A stretch of DNA of 64,000 bases from an uncultured Candidatus Actinomarina sp. (GCA_902634185.1 CACPJC010000003.1:1-64000), one strand, 5' to 3'. Counted from the stretch's first letter, positions 23,446-33,820 are shown. The notes: a model not told the origin generated them from the letters alone. A program made the numbers and translations.

Positions 23446-24303
23446 GTGCAAATTAAAAATTTAACTTTGGCTTTAATTACTTCCTCAATTTGGGGATCAT
23501 CTTTTTTGATGATTAAATATTCTTTAGATGAACTAAATCCATCTGATATTGCGATTTATCGAATTGTAATTGGTGCCATATTCATAAATATTTTTGTTAG
23601 AACAAATGAGAAAATTGAAAAGAGTGATCATATTTGGATGTTAATAATTTCTTTTTTCTGGATGGCACTCCCTTTTTATATGTTTGGGATTGCTGAACAA
23701 ACTATAACATCTTCTTTAGCTGGTTTAATTAACGGATCAACTCCAATCTTCGTGGCATTTATTGCTGTTGTTTTTTACAAACTAAAAGTAACCCGACTTC
23801 AACTTATTTATATTTTTTCTGGATTTATTGGAGTGGGATTAATAACTCTTGGAGATGGCTTAAATGAATTATCCTTCAGTATTGGTTCAATTTATGCCCT
23901 AATAGCGTCTATATCTTATGGTATTTCTGTAAACCTTGTTGAGCCTTTAATTAAAAAATATGATTCACTAATCGTAATCAAAATAGTTATGAGATACGCA
24001 TCTTTGCTTTCTTTGTTGATGTTTGGTTTTACCGCTACTTTTAAAATTCCAACTCTTGAAGTTTCACTAATTCCAATGACGATATTAGGAATTGGCGGAA
24101 CAGGAATAGCTTTCTTAAGTTATTACAAATTACTAAATAATGTCGGACGTATTTCAAGTTCGTTTGTTGTTTACATGATTCCAATATTTTCCATATTTTT
24201 TGGATATCAGTTTTTAAATGAGATAACTAATTCAATTCAATTTGTGGGAATAGGAATAATTCTTTATTCAGCCTTTTTGTATTCAAGAACTCAGTCTATT
24301 TAA
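23446..24303 (+). CDS. EamA/DMT family transporter
   Basis: IWGSSFLMIK, SSLAGLINGSTP and about 10 TM segments. GTG start. Confidence 0.9.
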   Translation: MQIKNLTLALITSSIWGSSFLMIKYSLDELNPSDIAIYRIVIGAIFINIFVRTNEKIEKSDHIWMLIISFFWMALPFYMFGIAEQTITSSLAGLINGSTPIFVAFIAVVFYKLKVTRLQLIYIFSGFIGVGLITLGDGLNELSFSIGSIYALIASISYGISVNLVEPLIKKYDSLIVIKIVMRYASLLSLLMFGFTATFKIPTLEVSLIPMTILGIGGTGIAFLSYYKLLNNVGRISSSFVVYMIPIFSIFFGYQFLNEITNSIQFVGIGIILYSAFLYSRTQSI

Positions 24304-24712
24304 TTTCTACAAGCTCTGATTCAGCAATTGCAGCTAGTTCACCATTGTCTAAGTAAAGTTTACCTTTAAATACACTATTTCTTCCATCAGTACTCTCTCT
24401 CCAAGCAACAGCTGTGACATAGCTTGTAGATGGCCCAACTGGTTTAATGTATTTAATAGAAAAATTTCTAGAAACAGATTTTTGACCAAGTAAAACACTT
24501 AGTGGTCCCATGGTGATGTCTATCCAAGAATCAATAATTCCACCTAGAGTTGTTGGAAGTGGATTAAAATATCTTTCTCTGACTGGAAATTTACATTTTA
24601 AAGATTCATTTTCTTTATCAAATTCTACAAATTCACCCTCAAGCTCAATCCAAACATTTGGAACAGGCATTCCCTTGTTGGCTAGAACATCTTCATAGTT
24701 CTCTTCAGTCAT
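24296..24712 (-). CDS. PaaI/hotdog-fold thioesterase family protein
   Basis: FNP..T.LGG.I....D...G and IKYIKP fit the hotdog pattern. Confidence 0.8.
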   Translation of the reverse strand: MTEENYEDVLANKGMPVPNVWIELEGEFVEFDKENESLKCKFPVRERYFNPLPTTLGGIIDSWIDITMGPLSVLLGQKSVSRNFSIKYIKPVGPSTSYVTAVAWRESTDGRNSVFKGKLYLDNGELAAIAESELVEIK

Positions 24713-24738
24713 CTGGTAATAATAACAACTTATATGAA

Positions 24739-24767
24739 TAAGCTGCCTTGATAACCAAGACAGCTTA
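24739..24767 (-). terminator. Putative terminator hairpin downstream of the deoC-ALDH operon
   Basis: Minus strand TAAGCTGTCTTG-GTTAT-CAAGGCAGCTTA (one G-U pair), about 50 nt after the stop codon. Confidence 0.55.
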
Positions 24768-24816
24768 AACAGGGTTAATGAGTAATGATTTTATATTAAG
24801 ACTCAAGTGTGACAGT

Positions 24817-25644
24817 TTATTGGCCCTTAGGGTGCCATACTGTTTTTGTCTCAACAAATGGAATTATAGAACCCAAGCCCTCATCACTTGGCAAATTAAC
24901 TATTCTCTTTACTGAATCAGAACCTTTGACATCTAAAGTTTCTAATAGGTCATTTGAAATATTTGAATAAATTGCAGCTAATCTTATTTCGACATGAGCC
25001 CCAACGTCTTCTACAATATTTTCAAAATTTCCCGTTAAAATGTTAAGACTTCCTGATGGGAAATCTGAGTTATTGATATCCTCTGAGAGTTTTAAAGCCA
25101 AGACTGCATTCTGGTTAGTAAATGATATAACAGAACAGCCAACTGACATTGCTGGCATAAAGGATTTAATTAAACTATTCAAAGATATATCGTCAGAGCT
25201 TAATGAGAAAGTCACTCCGATTGGTTCTTGATGCGATATATTAAAATACTCTCCTGCGACTGGATTTAAATTACCGGTCAATTGTTCCCATTTATCAACA
25301 ATTCCTGCGTACCAAATAATGGTATTCACAGCATCCTCAACATCATTTTTCGAATCATTCTTTGTTAAACCGTGTTGTTCTAATAAAGCAATATATGATT
25401 CTTTATTTCCTTCAATCATTTCAGACAATCTATAAATTATCTGTGATTTGTTGTACATAGTTAATGAATTCCATTTCGCAAATCCAGCTTTAGATGATGT
25501 AACAGCGTCTCTTAAGTCTTTCTTTGAAGTAAGAGGGATCTCATATTTTTCTTTTTTAAGATCAATTGCATACACTTTACCTGACTCAGATCTCACAAAT
25601 TTCCCATCTACGTAATGTTTATATGTTTTCTTTACTTCTGTCAT
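24817..25644 (-). CDS. Aldehyde dehydrogenase-like protein lacking the catalytic domain (second subunit of split ALDH16-like pair)
   Basis: 275 aa with KTYK.YVDGKFVRSESG, WYAGIVDK, EPIGV, GSLNILTG and ETKTVWHP. There is no ELGGK or catalytic Cys region. Confidence 0.8.
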   Translation of the reverse strand: MTEVKKTYKHYVDGKFVRSESGKVYAIDLKKEKYEIPLTSKKDLRDAVTSSKAGFAKWNSLTMYNKSQIIYRLSEMIEGNKESYIALLEQHGLTKNDSKNDVEDAVNTIIWYAGIVDKWEQLTGNLNPVAGEYFNISHQEPIGVTFSLSSDDISLNSLIKSFMPAMSVGCSVISFTNQNAVLALKLSEDINNSDFPSGSLNILTGNFENIVEDVGAHVEIRLAAIYSNISNDLLETLDVKGSDSVKRIVNLPSDEGLGSIIPFVETKTVWHPKGQ

Positions 25645-27080
25645 GATGATGCCTTCAAATAAGAAAGGAGACCATGTCTGCCACCTTCTCTTCCAAAACC
25701 AGATTCTTTATATCCACCAAATGGAGAAGCAGGATCAAATTTGTTAAATGTGTTTGCCCAAATAACACCAGCATCAAGCCTGTCTGCAGTCCATAAAATT
25801 TTTGATCCCTTTTCAGTCCAAATCCCTGCAGATAATCCATACTCTGTATTGTTTGCTATTTCAACAGCTTCATCTGGAGTTCGAAAGGTTAAGGTAGTCA
25901 ATACTGGACCAAATATTTCTTCTGTAGCAATTTTATAATTTGCCTGAACCCCAGTAAATAAACTTGGTTTAAACCAAAAACCATTCTTAGGGAGTTCACA
26001 TTCAATTTGAAAGAGCTCTCCACCATCGCTAACACCCTCATTGACCAGATTTGTAATTTTATCAAGCTGATCTTTTGAATTAATTGCACCAATATCAGTG
26101 TTCTTATCGAGAGGATTGCCAACTCTTAAAGTCTGCATTCTTTTTTCAAGTTTATTGATAAATATATCATGTATATCCTCTTGAACTAATAATCTACTTC
26201 CAGCACAGCACACGTGTCCTTGATTAAAGAAGATTCCATTTACTACTCCTTCTACTGCTTCATCTAAGGCTGCATCGTTATAAACAATATTGGCTGCCTT
26301 TCCACCTAGCTCAAGGGTAAGGCCAACATCTCTTCCAGCTAATGATTTCTGAATGTACTTGCCAACACTTGTCGAACCAGTAAAAGCAATTTTCTTTATA
26401 TCTTTATGATTTACTAATTCAGAACCTGTAGTTCCATCACCAGTAATTAAATTAAAAACACCTTTAGGGAGACCCACTTCATCACATAGTTCAGCAAATA
26501 ATAAAGCAGTTAGCGGAGTTGTCTCAGCAGGTTTTAAAACTACAGTATTACCCGTTGCTAGGGCAGGAGCAACTTTCCAAGAAAGCATCAATAACGGAAA
26601 GTTCCATGGAATAATTTGACCTACTACTCCATAAGGTTTTGAAATTTCACTTCCCCATGCAAGATCAATCTTGTCGGCCCAGCCTGCATAGTAGAAAAAG
26701 TTTTGTGCAACTTGTGGAAGGTCAAAATCTCTAGATTCTTTAATTGGCTTGCCACCATCTAAACTTTCCAGAACTGCAAACTCTCTGGATCTCTCTTGGA
26801 TTAATCTTGCAAGCTTGAACAAATACTTTGATCTCTCTGATGGAGAGGTTTTACTCCATTGTTTGAGACCTTCTTTTGCCGCGTTTACCGCGAAATCTAC
26901 ATCCTTTTCATTACCAATTGAGATTGAGGATAAAACTTCTTCACTTGATGGAGAGATTGTGTCGAGATATTTTTTAGAATTTGGTGATACAAATTCACCA
27001 TTTATAAAGTGACCATATTTTTTTTCTATTTTTACAATTTTTTCTGATTCAATTGATTCTGCGTATTCCCAATTATTCAT
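25641..27080 (-). CDS. NAD-dependent aldehyde dehydrogenase
   Basis: IIPWNFP, KPAETTP, FTGSTSVG, LELGGK, FNQGHVCCAGSR, EEIFGPV and PFGGYKESG. Confidence 0.96.
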   Translation of the reverse strand: MNNWEYAESIESEKIVKIEKKYGHFINGEFVSPNSKKYLDTISPSSEEVLSSISIGNEKDVDFAVNAAKEGLKQWSKTSPSERSKYLFKLARLIQERSREFAVLESLDGGKPIKESRDFDLPQVAQNFFYYAGWADKIDLAWGSEISKPYGVVGQIIPWNFPLLMLSWKVAPALATGNTVVLKPAETTPLTALLFAELCDEVGLPKGVFNLITGDGTTGSELVNHKDIKKIAFTGSTSVGKYIQKSLAGRDVGLTLELGGKAANIVYNDAALDEAVEGVVNGIFFNQGHVCCAGSRLLVQEDIHDIFINKLEKRMQTLRVGNPLDKNTDIGAINSKDQLDKITNLVNEGVSDGGELFQIECELPKNGFWFKPSLFTGVQANYKIATEEIFGPVLTTLTFRTPDEAVEIANNTEYGLSAGIWTEKGSKILWTADRLDAGVIWANTFNKFDPASPFGGYKESGFGREGGRHGLLSYLKASS

Positions 27081-27083
27081 AAA

Positions 27084-28022
27084 TTACCCTCTTGGAAAAT
27101 AATAACTTGATTGATAAGCATTAGTTTTTAGTTTTTTTATTTGTTTAAGAACATCATCTAATAAGCTTGATGCGCCAAACCTAAAATAATCTGAGGAAAG
27201 CCAAGAACCACCTAGCTCTTCATTAATAATTACTAAGTATCGTATTGCATCTTTAGCGTCTCTAATACCACCAGCAACTTTTATACCTCTCATGCCATAC
27301 CCGTAGGATTCAAACTCACGAACAGTTCTTGCCATTATTAGGCACGCTTCTCTTGATGAACCATTAGATATTTTGCCGGTTGAAGTTTTTATAAAATCAG
27401 ATCCTGCACATAAAGCAATTACACTTGCTTTCTTAATGTTTTCATATGTTTTCAGCTCGCCAATTTCTAGTATTGTTTTTAGATGAATTTCTCCACAAAC
27501 ATCTTTTAGAGCCTTTATCTCTTCATAAACTTTCTTGTAATCTCCTTCAAAAAAAGCTTTTCTATTGATTACAATATCAATTTCATCAGCACCTTCATCA
27601 ATCGCGAATTGAGTATCTGAAATTTTTGATTCTATAGGAGCTTGGCCACTGGGGAAATAAGAAGATACAGATGCTACTTTAACATTTGAATCTTTTACAA
27701 TTTTTTTAGCTGTCGATACAAGCGCTGGGTATACACATACAGCAGCAGCACTAGGTACATTGTCATCATTTGGATCTGGTGACATAGCTTTTGATGACAT
27801 TTGGATAATTTTACCTTCAGTATCTTCACCCTCTAATGTTGTTAGGTCACACATGCTTACTATTTTTTCTAAAGCATCTAATTTAGACTCCCTTTTTATA
27901 CTACGTGTAGCAAGAGAAGATACTCTATCAAGCACCCCAACCTCGTCAACTTTCACATTTCCAACTAGATCTGATGTTGTTGTCCAGTCGACCATGTTAT
28001 TCATTGATAAATTTGTATTCAT
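27084..28022 (-). CDS. deoC: Deoxyribose-phosphate aldolase
   Basis: DLTTL, AVCVYP, FPSG, GADEIDIV, LKTILE, DFIKTSTGK, KVAGGIR and RFGASSLL. Confidence 0.95.
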   Translation of the reverse strand: MNTNLSMNNMVDWTTTSDLVGNVKVDEVGVLDRVSSLATRSIKRESKLDALEKIVSMCDLTTLEGEDTEGKIIQMSSKAMSPDPNDDNVPSAAAVCVYPALVSTAKKIVKDSNVKVASVSSYFPSGQAPIESKISDTQFAIDEGADEIDIVINRKAFFEGDYKKVYEEIKALKDVCGEIHLKTILEIGELKTYENIKKASVIALCAGSDFIKTSTGKISNGSSREACLIMARTVREFESYGYGMRGIKVAGGIRDAKDAIRYLVIINEELGGSWLSSDYFRFGASSLLDDVLKQIKKLKTNAYQSSYYFPRG

Positions 28023-28064
28023 ATTCTTATGGTATAACTTAATTTGCTATAAAGAAATAGTTAA

Positions 28065-31000
28065 TTAATCAAGGGCCTCAATTTTTGCTTTTGCAGTGTC
28101 TATGTCGCTTTCGGTAACATTGGCTATCCCTCCAAAAACAGTAAACATTTTTGACCAATCTTTTTCTTTCTTAAGAATATCTTTAGCTAATTCAGATCCA
28201 GTTTGTTCAATGTGTTTATTTAAGAAAGCTCTCAACTCAAGTAGATCAATATCATTCATCTCTCGAGATTCTGGTGCAGATTTTGATATGTATTGTGAAA
28301 AGTTCTTTTGTGTTTTTAATACTATTACTTTTCCACCAGTCATTCCTGCACCAAAATTAAACCCTACACTACCCAAAATGATTAATGTTCCACCTGTCAT
28401 ATACTCTGCGGCGTGTGCGCTGCAACCCTCAACTACTGCTATTCCTCCACTGTTTCGAACACCAAATCTTTGACCAACTCTTCCTGAAATATAAAGTTGC
28501 CCACCTGTAGCTCCATATAGGATTGCATTACCCGCAGCATGGTAAGCACCCTTGTTTTTAGTACCCTGTGGAATAATAGTTATGCTTCCTCCACCCATTC
28601 CTTTTCCTACATAATCATTGGCACTACCAATAAGTTTAAGATTGATTCCATCCCGTATAAAAGCTCCAAAGCTTTGGCCAGCTGCACCAGACAAACTTAT
28701 ATGTGTTGGATTGTCTTTTAGAACTTCTCCTAATTTGTTGATTGATACTTCGCCTGAGACTCTTGCACCTATACTTCTATCTTCATTTGATACTGGATAC
28801 TGAATAATTGTAGATTGTTTACTTCTCAAGCCTTTCATTATTTCTGATGTGAGTCTTCTAGATAAACGGCCTTCATCATGTCGTATAAAGCCAGGATGTT
28901 TTTTATCTGACACTGCATTTCTTAGTAACTTGTGCAAGCTTTTTGGAAGGTTATTATCCATTACTTTAAGACCCAGTAAGTCTGCATGGCCGATTAAATC
29001 ATCTAGTGAATCTACATTAAAAATTTGAAGATAAGACCTAACATCCTCTGCTATAAATTTAAATAATTGCATTACTTGTTCGGGAGCACCGGTAAATTTA
29101 GCCCTTAGGTTCTCATCCTGTGTTGCAATACCAACTGGGCAAGTATTTTCATGACATTGACGGACCATCTTACAACCTAAAGCTAATAGAGGTAATGTTC
29201 CAAATCCATACCTGTCAGCACCAAGTAGTGTGGCAATGATAATGTCCTTGGGAGATCTGAGCCCACCATCAACTTCAAGTAAGACCTTATCTCTCATGTT
29301 ATTTTCTACAAGAGCTTGATGGGTTTCACTTAAACCAAGTTCCCATGGTGAACCAGCATGTTTAATACTTGTCCATGGACTTGCTCCAGTGCCACCATCG
29401 CTACCAGCAATTGTAATAATATCTGCACCAGCTTTTGCTACTCCAACTGCTATAACACCTACACCTGGCTCAGAAACAAGTTTTACATTTACAGGATTGT
29501 TTGGATTAAATGTTTTTAAATCGTAGATTAACTGTGCTAAATCTTCAATTGAGTAGATATCGTGATGAGGTGGTGGTGAAATTAATGTCACGCCTTCGAC
29601 AGTATGCCTTAATTTTGCAATATGAGAATCTACTTTAAATCCAGGTAGCTGTCCTCCCTCTCCTGGTTTTGAACCTTGAGCCATTTTAATTTGAAATTCT
29701 TCAGCAGATGCTAAATAATCAGGAGTAACACCAAATCTTCCTGACGCAATTTGTTTGATCTTTGAATTTTTTTCTGTTCCATATCTATCAGGGTCTTCTC
29801 CACCTTCACCAGAACCAGATTTAGCTCCTATGCGATTCATTGCAATTGCTAGTGCTTGATGTGCTTCTTCGGACAGTGCTCCTAGAGACATTGAGCTAAC
29901 AGTAAATTTTTGATATATTTCTTCTAGTGAAGAGTCTTCATTTTCATTGCTAAATATTTTATTATTTTCTGGGAGAGTAAATAAATCACGAATTTGAACA
30001 TTGTCTCTGTCTTCTAACGATTCTAGATATTTGTTCCATTCCTCTCTATCACCAGATCTAACCGCCTTTTGTAATTTCAGGACTGTCACTGGAGATGTTA
30101 CATGTGGTTCACTTCCCTTTTTATGTTTATAGAAGCCACCAATCTCAAGATCAAAAGGTTCTTCATTTCCAAAAATGAGTAAGTTGTCATTTATCTTGTC
30201 ATATCCCAAACCTTCAGTTCTGGTATAAGAATTTGAGAAAGCATCATTTGTCATTTCTTTATCGAGACCTATAATTTCATAAATTTCAGACCCTCGATAA
30301 GAAGAAACTGTACAAATTCCCATTTTTGACATTATCTTTAACAGGCCTTTATTAAGTGCGTCTCTATAATTTTCTTGAGCCTGTGCAGGTGATAAATTTA
30401 AATCTGGATTGTCAATTGAAAGTAGTCTTGCTTTTTCAAGGGCTAAATATGGCCAAACAGCTGATGCTCCATATGCGATGTGACACGATAAGTCATGTGC
30501 ATCTCTTATCTCTCCAGATACAACTATCAGTGATGCTTTTAGTCTTACACCCTTGTTAATCAAGTGTTGATGAACTCTTCCAATCACTAATAGTGATGGG
30601 GCGACACTGTTGCCTTTTACTACATCTCTATCACTTAATATAATTAAAGACTTTTTGTTTTTTACAGCCTCATAAACGTCCTCACATAATTTATCAAGAA
30701 ATCCTTCAAGATTAGATTTTGCTTTATCAAAGCTGATATCAAAAACTTTTGATTTGTCTTTTGAAAATTCTTTTGAAACCAAAAGATCATAACTTCCTTT
30801 ACTGAGAATTGGTGATTCAAGTGTTATGAGATTTGCTTGTTGAGATGTCTCTTTTAATATTGATCCTCTCTTTCCAAGATAAGTTTTAGTTGACATTACA
30901 AATCTTTCTCTTATCGGATCAATTGGAGGATTCGTTACCTGAGCAAACATTTGATGAAAATATCGACTCAATCTTGGTTTATTTTTACTCAATACTGCAA

Positions 31001-32444
31001 GTGGAGAATCATTACCCATTGAACCTGTTGGAATATCACCTTGGATCATCGGTAATAAAATTAATCTTTCCTCTTCTGGTGTGTATTGGAAATATTCTGA
31101 GAGCAGATCTAGCTCAATCTCGTCTGGTTTATCACTAAATTCGGTATCAGCAACTAAAGGTTTTGTATTTACCCATTCTTTATAGGGGTTTTTCTCAGCA
31201 AGTTTTTCAATTACTTCTTGTTCGTCTAATAACTCATCATTTTTGATACGATATCTAATTGTTTGTCCTGGCTCAAGTTGAGCAGTTTTATATGCACCGG
31301 CTTCAACTGAGGGACAAATACCTACTTCTGAGGCAGCTAAAATATATCTATCTGAAACCATCCATCTGAGTGGTCTCAATCCGCTTCTATCCAACCCTGC
31401 AATAATATCGTCTCCATCAGTAGCAACAATAGCTGCAGGACCGTCCCATGGTTCTGATAAGAATGCATGGTATTGATAATATGATTGCTGGTCTTTTGAA
31501 AATCTCGGGTTGTTTTCCCATGCTGAAGGAATAAGCATCTCTTGAGCATGAGCGAGTTTTCTTCCAGATTGAACAAGTAACTCTATTGCATTATCAAGTT
31601 GTCCAGAATCTGAAAGGCTTTCATTAACAAATGGTTTTAACTTCTCAATGTCATCTTTCCAAATGTTTGAAGAGGCATCCACCTCTCTAGCTTTCATCCA
31701 GGAATAATTAGCTCTAATTGTGTTTATTTCACCATTGTGTGCGAGCATTCTAAAAGGTTGTGCTTTATCCCATGTTGAACTTGTATTGGTAGAAAATCTT
31801 TGATGAAATACTCCATACCTTGTTTTGTACAAAGGATTTCTTAAATCCCAATAAAAATCTGCTGTCTGAGTGGCTGTAAAGAGACCTTTATATACTACTG
31901 TTTTACTCGAACACGAATTGATATGAATGTTGAGAAATTCATTTTTTTCAAGATCTGTTTCTAGTGATTTTCTGAAAAGATAAAGATATTTTTCGAAACT
32001 GTATTCATATTCTTTTGTGGAACAAATGACAGCTTGATAAATTCCAGGTTTTGAATTTTTTGCCATTGTTCCAAGGATTTCTTTATCTGTAGGAACTTTT
32101 CTCCAATAGAGTAGCTTAATGTCAAACTCTTCAAGCTTGTTATCAATTAGCTCAATTGACTCGGTAATATTTTTTGGATCAAAAAAGCAAGAGATCAATC
32201 CTAATTTTTCTTTTTCTCCAAGTGTGATTCCTCTTTCAACTAATTCAGCTTCAATTAATTCGAAAGGAATCTCTGTAAGTACTCCGGCTCCATCTCCGGT
32301 TCCATCCGCAAACTTAGCACCTCTATGGTCGAGGTTAGAAAGACATTCTAGAATTTTTAAAGTCATCCCATGTGTCCTTGGGATACCTCTTGATGCAATA
32401 AAACCTACACCACAAGAATCTTTTTCTTCGAAATGAAATGTCAT
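28065..32444 (-). CDS. gltB: Glutamate synthase large subunit
   Basis: N-terminal Cys nucleophile (DS-CGVGF), HQRFSTNT, HNGEIN, EPWDGP, QIKMAQGSKPGEGG, 3Fe-4S motif CxxxRQCHENTC and GXGXG domain. Confidence 0.97.
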   Translation of the reverse strand: MTFHFEEKDSCGVGFIASRGIPRTHGMTLKILECLSNLDHRGAKFADGTGDGAGVLTEIPFELIEAELVERGITLGEKEKLGLISCFFDPKNITESIELIDNKLEEFDIKLLYWRKVPTDKEILGTMAKNSKPGIYQAVICSTKEYEYSFEKYLYLFRKSLETDLEKNEFLNIHINSCSSKTVVYKGLFTATQTADFYWDLRNPLYKTRYGVFHQRFSTNTSSTWDKAQPFRMLAHNGEINTIRANYSWMKAREVDASSNIWKDDIEKLKPFVNESLSDSGQLDNAIELLVQSGRKLAHAQEMLIPSAWENNPRFSKDQQSYYQYHAFLSEPWDGPAAIVATDGDDIIAGLDRSGLRPLRWMVSDRYILAASEVGICPSVEAGAYKTAQLEPGQTIRYRIKNDELLDEQEVIEKLAEKNPYKEWVNTKPLVADTEFSDKPDEIELDLLSEYFQYTPEEERLILLPMIQGDIPTGSMGNDSPLAVLSKNKPRLSRYFHQMFAQVTNPPIDPIRERFVMSTKTYLGKRGSILKETSQQANLITLESPILSKGSYDLLVSKEFSKDKSKVFDISFDKAKSNLEGFLDKLCEDVYEAVKNKKSLIILSDRDVVKGNSVAPSLLVIGRVHQHLINKGVRLKASLIVVSGEIRDAHDLSCHIAYGASAVWPYLALEKARLLSIDNPDLNLSPAQAQENYRDALNKGLLKIMSKMGICTVSSYRGSEIYEIIGLDKEMTNDAFSNSYTRTEGLGYDKINDNLLIFGNEEPFDLEIGGFYKHKKGSEPHVTSPVTVLKLQKAVRSGDREEWNKYLESLEDRDNVQIRDLFTLPENNKIFSNENEDSSLEEIYQKFTVSSMSLGALSEEAHQALAIAMNRIGAKSGSGEGGEDPDRYGTEKNSKIKQIASGRFGVTPDYLASAEEFQIKMAQGSKPGEGGQLPGFKVDSHIAKLRHTVEGVTLISPPPHHDIYSIEDLAQLIYDLKTFNPNNPVNVKLVSEPGVGVIAVGVAKAGADIITIAGSDGGTGASPWTSIKHAGSPWELGLSETHQALVENNMRDKVLLEVDGGLRSPKDIIIATLLGADRYGFGTLPLLALGCKMVRQCHENTCPVGIATQDENLRAKFTGAPEQVMQLFKFIAEDVRSYLQIFNVDSLDDLIGHADLLGLKVMDNNLPKSLHKLLRNAVSDKKHPGFIRHDEGRLSRRLTSEIMKGLRSKQSTIIQYPVSNEDRSIGARVSGEVSINKLGEVLKDNPTHISLSGAAGQSFGAFIRDGINLKLIGSANDYVGKGMGGGSITIIPQGTKNKGAYHAAGNAILYGATGGQLYISGRVGQRFGVRNSGGIAVVEGCSAHAAEYMTGGTLIILGSVGFNFGAGMTGGKVIVLKTQKNFSQYISKSAPESREMNDIDLLELRAFLNKHIEQTGSELAKDILKKEKDWSKMFTVFGGIANVTESDIDTAKAKIEALD

Positions 32445-32483
32445 TAGTATGATAATTTTACTATGAATAAAGGGTTATTTAAA

Positions 32484-32541
32484 TAAGAAAACCAGCCTTA
32501 AAAATCTTTAGGGGGGGACCTAAATTTAGCTGGTTTTCTTA
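32484..32541. other. Long inverted repeat with G7/C7 loop between amtB and gltB
   Basis: TAAGAAAACCAGC (32484-32496) pairs with GCTGGTTTTCTTA (32529-32541). Inner hairpin TTTAGG-GGGGA-CCTAAA. Confidence 0.6.
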
Positions 32542-32549
32542 ATTATTTG

Positions 32550-33749
32550 TTACTTTTTAGTGATGAAATCTCCATATGCTGATGTTCCGTGCTCTGTAGC
32601 ATCCAACCCAGCAATTTCTTCTTCAGCTGTAACTCTAAGTCCAACTGTTGAATCAATAGCTTTAAACACAAGGAAAGATGTTCCATATGCCCAAGCACCA
32701 ATTGCTAAAATACCGATTAATTGTGGCAGAAACAATGTGGCTCCTCCGCCATAGACTAAACCATCTGTAGTATCAAAAATTGCCACAGCTAGTACACCCC
32801 AGATACCACATATTCCATGAACTGAGACAGCACCTACAGCATCATCAAATCCTTTTTTCTCTAAGAAGTTGATGGAGTACACAACTAACACACCTGAAAC
32901 CAAACCGATTAGAACTGCACCTAAGTTGTTTACATTTGCACAACCAGCAGTTATTCCAACTAAACCAGCTAGAGCACCATTTAAGGTCATACCAACATTT
33001 GGTTTACCCGAAATCATTGATGTATACATCGCAGTTATAGAACCTGCAGAAGCTGATAAAGTAGTTGTTACTGCAATTGCTGCAAGGTCAACATCTACTG
33101 CTGCTAAAGCAGATCCAACGTTAAATCCATACCATCCAAACCAGAGGATAAATACACCAAGTGCTCCAGCTACCATTGAGCTTCCAGGTATTACTTGAGG
33201 GTTTCCATTATCGTCGTATTTTCCAATTCTTGGACCCACAATTTGAACACCAGCTAGGGCTGCAAAGCCACCAACCATGTGTACAACACCAGAACCTGCA
33301 AAGTCAATGAAACCTAAGTCACCGAGCCAACCTTGACCACTCCAGACCCAGTGGGTAACTATTGGATAAATTACACCACATATAAATGGTTGAAATAATA
33401 AGTATGCGCTAAATTTTGTTCTTTCTGCGACTGCACCAGAAACAATTGTTGCTGCAGTTGCCGCAAAGACTACTTGGAAGAAGTAGGTAATTGAGTCACC
33501 TTCCAAAAAGAAACTACCATAGGCTAAAAATCCACCAAGAGTAGTTCCACCGTATGCCAATGCAAATCCAAATGCCCAATAGGTAATTGCACCGACTGAA
33601 AAGTCCATAAAGTTTTTCATAACTATATTGACTGAGTTTTTAGATCTTGTAAATCCGGTCTCCACAAGCATAAAGCCAGGTTGCATGAACATGACTAATA
33701 TACCTGCAACAACGATCCACAAGCTATCTACATAAGTTGCTAGTTCCAT
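32550..33749 (-). CDS. amtB: Ammonium transporter
   Basis: FMQPGF..VETG, SGAVAER, DFAGSGVVH, ILWFGWYGFN, NGALAGLVGIT and DDAVGAVSVHG. Confidence 0.97.
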   Translation of the reverse strand: MELATYVDSLWIVVAGILVMFMQPGFMLVETGFTRSKNSVNIVMKNFMDFSVGAITYWAFGFALAYGGTTLGGFLAYGSFFLEGDSITYFFQVVFAATAATIVSGAVAERTKFSAYLLFQPFICGVIYPIVTHWVWSGQGWLGDLGFIDFAGSGVVHMVGGFAALAGVQIVGPRIGKYDDNGNPQVIPGSSMVAGALGVFILWFGWYGFNVGSALAAVDVDLAAIAVTTTLSASAGSITAMYTSMISGKPNVGMTLNGALAGLVGITAGCANVNNLGAVLIGLVSGVLVVYSINFLEKKGFDDAVGAVSVHGICGIWGVLAVAIFDTTDGLVYGGGATLFLPQLIGILAIGAWAYGTSFLVFKAIDSTVGLRVTAEEEIAGLDATEHGTSAYGDFITKK

Positions 33750-33791
33750 TTTTTAAATCTCCTTTTGTAACAACCTAATTAAATATAGATG

Positions 33792-33807
33792 TTAAGAGAC
33801 CTCTTAA
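33792..33807. promoter_or_regulatory. Palindromic operator-like site upstream of amtB
   Basis: Perfect dyad TTAAGAG-AC-CTCTTAA about 43 nt upstream of the amtB ATG. Confidence 0.35.
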
Positions 33808-33820
33808 AAGTTAAATGATT

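Noticed and set aside
24817-25644. Short ALDH as a pseudogene
   Set aside because: The ORF is intact with ATGA coupling and a proper C-terminal ETKTVWHP strand. The missing part corresponds to a whole domain.
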